Shown: positions 15,701 to 16,657 of the stretch, piece after piece
Position numbering within the stretch: position 1 is the stretch's first letter
How the letters are laid out: every line of letters starts with the position of its first letter
NCBI GenBank assembly: GCA_031366795.1
Contig: JANLOX010000021.1
Coordinates: 1-16,657 of the forward strand
From: Candidatus Eiseniibacteriota bacterium
GTDB lineage: Bacteria; Eisenbacteria; RBG-16-71-46
DNA length: 16,657 bases
Reading direction: 5' to 3'
Notes under the pieces: model-generated
What the model was told of the DNA's origin: nothing
Seen by the model: the letters and a program-made list of their open reading frames with translations, nothing else
The model's database searches: none
Translations under genes and position numbers: made by a program

Positions 15701-16657
15701 AGCCCGAGCAGTGTTGTCAGCGACTTGCTCGGGCGCAGCGCGATCAGCGTCCCGCCCGCGGTGACCCAGTTGGTCAACAGGGTCACCTGCGCCGAGGTGA
15801 GTGCCATCTCGCCGAGCACGGCGACGTCATAGCTATTGAGTACGGTGCTCGTGACGGTGGAGATGTCCTTCGCCGCGAACAGGTTGAACCCCTCCGCGCG
15901 CAGCATCTCCACGGGATAGCGGCTGAACGGATTCGACGGCGAGCTGATGACCAGCACCGGGCCGCCAGGGCCATCCGTCGGCGGCGGAGGTGGCGCTGCC
16001 GTGGTGGTGAACGACCAGGTGAAGTCGGCGGCGAGCGCATTGCCGGCAACGTCGGTGAGGCGTGGCGCTGCCCCGCCCTTGAGCGTCGCCGTGTAGACCG
16101 TCGAGTAGGCCAGCGCGGCGCTGGGCTTGAGCGTCACGGTGCGCGTGCTGGCGTCGTAGGACACCGTTGCACTGACCAAGGCGGCCGCGGCATCGCGCAG
16201 GGTGACCGTCGACGTCGTGAAGCTCGCGGCGGCCATCGCTTCGTTGAAGGTCGCGGAGACCGTCGTGGCGACCGGCACGCCGCTCGTGCCGGCGGACGGC
16301 GCATTCGCGACCACCACCGGAGGCGTCACGTCGGCGCCGATCGTGGTGTCGAACACCACATCGACCCAGTAGTTCGAGGACTGGAAGTTGGACACCGGGA
16401 GCTTCGATGTGCCGTAGTCGTAGAGGCCATTCGCACCATCTTCCCCATCGGCCAGCAGTCGCAGCGGCCCGCGCGAGACACCCGAGGTGAAGAACGGCGT
16501 TGTGGACGAGTAGTATCCGGTCGTGTGTACCGAGGCGACGTAGGTAGTGTTGGCTGTGATGCTCACCGGCGGCGACAGCGTGACGTTCTGCCAGCCCGAG
16601 GCGCTCTCGCCCGTGTAGGTCGCTTCGGCGAGCTGCGTGCCCGTCGAGGACCACAGG
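12775..16657 (-). CDS. Tandem paralog of the 8395-12591 protein, same domain order; 5' end lies outside the window
   Basis: The frame stays open beyond the ORF-track start at 16566 to the edge (LWSSTGTQLAEATYTGESASGWQNVTLSPP, inside DUF4082). It is colinear with the neighbour, including MTGDDH (GDDH at 15172-15183), PKD FAWAFGDG and C-terminal PFPNPS..LDIQGR..WDG..GVYMVR. Confidence 0.9.
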   Translation of the reverse strand, partial: LWSSTGTQLAEATYTGESASGWQNVTLSPPVSITANTTYVASVHTTGYYSSTTPFFTSGVSRGPLRLLADGEDGANGLYDYGTSKLPVSNFQSSNYWVDVVFDTTIGADVTPPVVVANAPSAGTSGVPVATTVSATFNEAMAAASFTTSTVTLRDAAAALVSATVSYDASTRTVTLKPSAALAYSTVYTATLKGGAAPRLTDVAGNALAADFTWSFTTTAAPPPPPTDGPGGPVLVISSPSNPFSRYPVEMLRAEGFNLFAAKDISTVTSTVLNSYDVAVLGEMALTSAQVTLLTNWVTAGGTLIALRPSKSLTTLLGLTDAAATLSNQYLKVANSGAGTGIESQTMQFHGTADLYTLNGATAVATLYSNATTATSNPAVTVRSVGASGGQAIAFTFDLARSIVYTRQGNPAWAGQERDGTAPRRSDDLFFGASATDPQTDWVDLSKVAIPQADEQQRLFANLIVQANLHRKPLPRFWYFPKGKKAVVVMTGDDHGDAGMAPRFDIYRQASPINCSEPDWDCVRATGYEYVSTGFTDAQAAFYNSLGFEVAVHITTNCADFTPASFDNNVSSQMGTFATALPSVPLPTTNRTHCIAWSDWSSAAEIEASRGIRLDTNYYYWPATWVQDRPGMFTGSGIPMRFAKSDGTLIDCYQVTTQMTDESNQSYPMTSDSLLVRALDVRGYYGAFCANMHFDNPNHPGSNAIVASALARGVPVVSSKQMLDWLDGRNGSSFSGVAQNGTALSFTIAVATGARNLQAMLPMTGTSARLSGLSRGGVAVAFTTQTIKGIEYAFFPADPGNYTANYGLDSTPPVISAVGSIANANGTATINWTTNEAATSRIDYGTTVSTLNLNVSAAALVTAHSITLTGLNGSTAYYFRLTSADAAGNSTTSPASPALPRGLTTVADVAPVAAATGTPRCGAAPLSVSFSGAASTDANNDSLTFAWAFGDGGTGTGRLASHVFTAAGNFAVILTVKDGRGGSDTASVAISTISAEFPTTTVLDNFNRADGAPGANWADMTGNFAIASNALTQSSGGDVYVEWTSPFAASQEVYVTLSAITAAATEHNLMLKTQGTTWSAGHLEVSYNATTSKVTVYSFTAPTTWKLFATFSGVTFTAGQQFGARVLSDGTVQVFKNGTRIGTTSVASWGFAAQGGRIGLSCAQATVSRFDNFGGGTYISGAPAVTDTTAVLDVDPTGNGSPVNVSLSNPFPNPSHTGTTMSLALPREADVTMTVLDIQGRAIWSAPPRRYAAGRWTLRWDGMGSIGHASTGVYMVRVRAGSQVMIRRVAVLR

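Noticed and set aside
16564..16566. GTG at 16566 as start of the second giant protein
   Set aside because: It lies inside the DUF4082 domain, and homology with the paralog continues in frame to the window edge.

Overview
GC-rich bacterial window with no mobile element or CRISPR array. It has four blocks. (1) On the minus strand: a small conserved hypothetical gene (DUF4760-like), chorismate synthase, a class I-beta DAHP synthase and tRNA-Val(GAC). (2) On the minus strand: three translationally coupled genes encoding an exosortase H-like protein, an exosortase-associated membrane protein and a membrane-anchored hypothetical protein. (3) On the plus strand, divergent from block 2: a tRNA-dependent lipid aminoacyltransferase (short TM region plus DUF2156/MprF-C, no flippase domain), coupled to an esterase and followed by a second alpha/beta hydrolase. 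(4) Convergent with block 3: two tandem paralogous secreted proteins, one of 1398 aa and one truncated by the window edge. Both have DUF4082, Ig-like, alpha/beta, CE4-like deacetylase barrel, FN3, PKD, beta-sandwich and FlgD/T9SS-like C-terminal domains. The C-terminal domain style and high GC suggest an FCB-related lineage such as Ca. Eisenbacteria (inference). The best candidates for new biology are the synthase plus two hydrolases module and the paired giant deacetylase-like surface proteins. All family assignments come from recognising motifs by eye; no searches were run.
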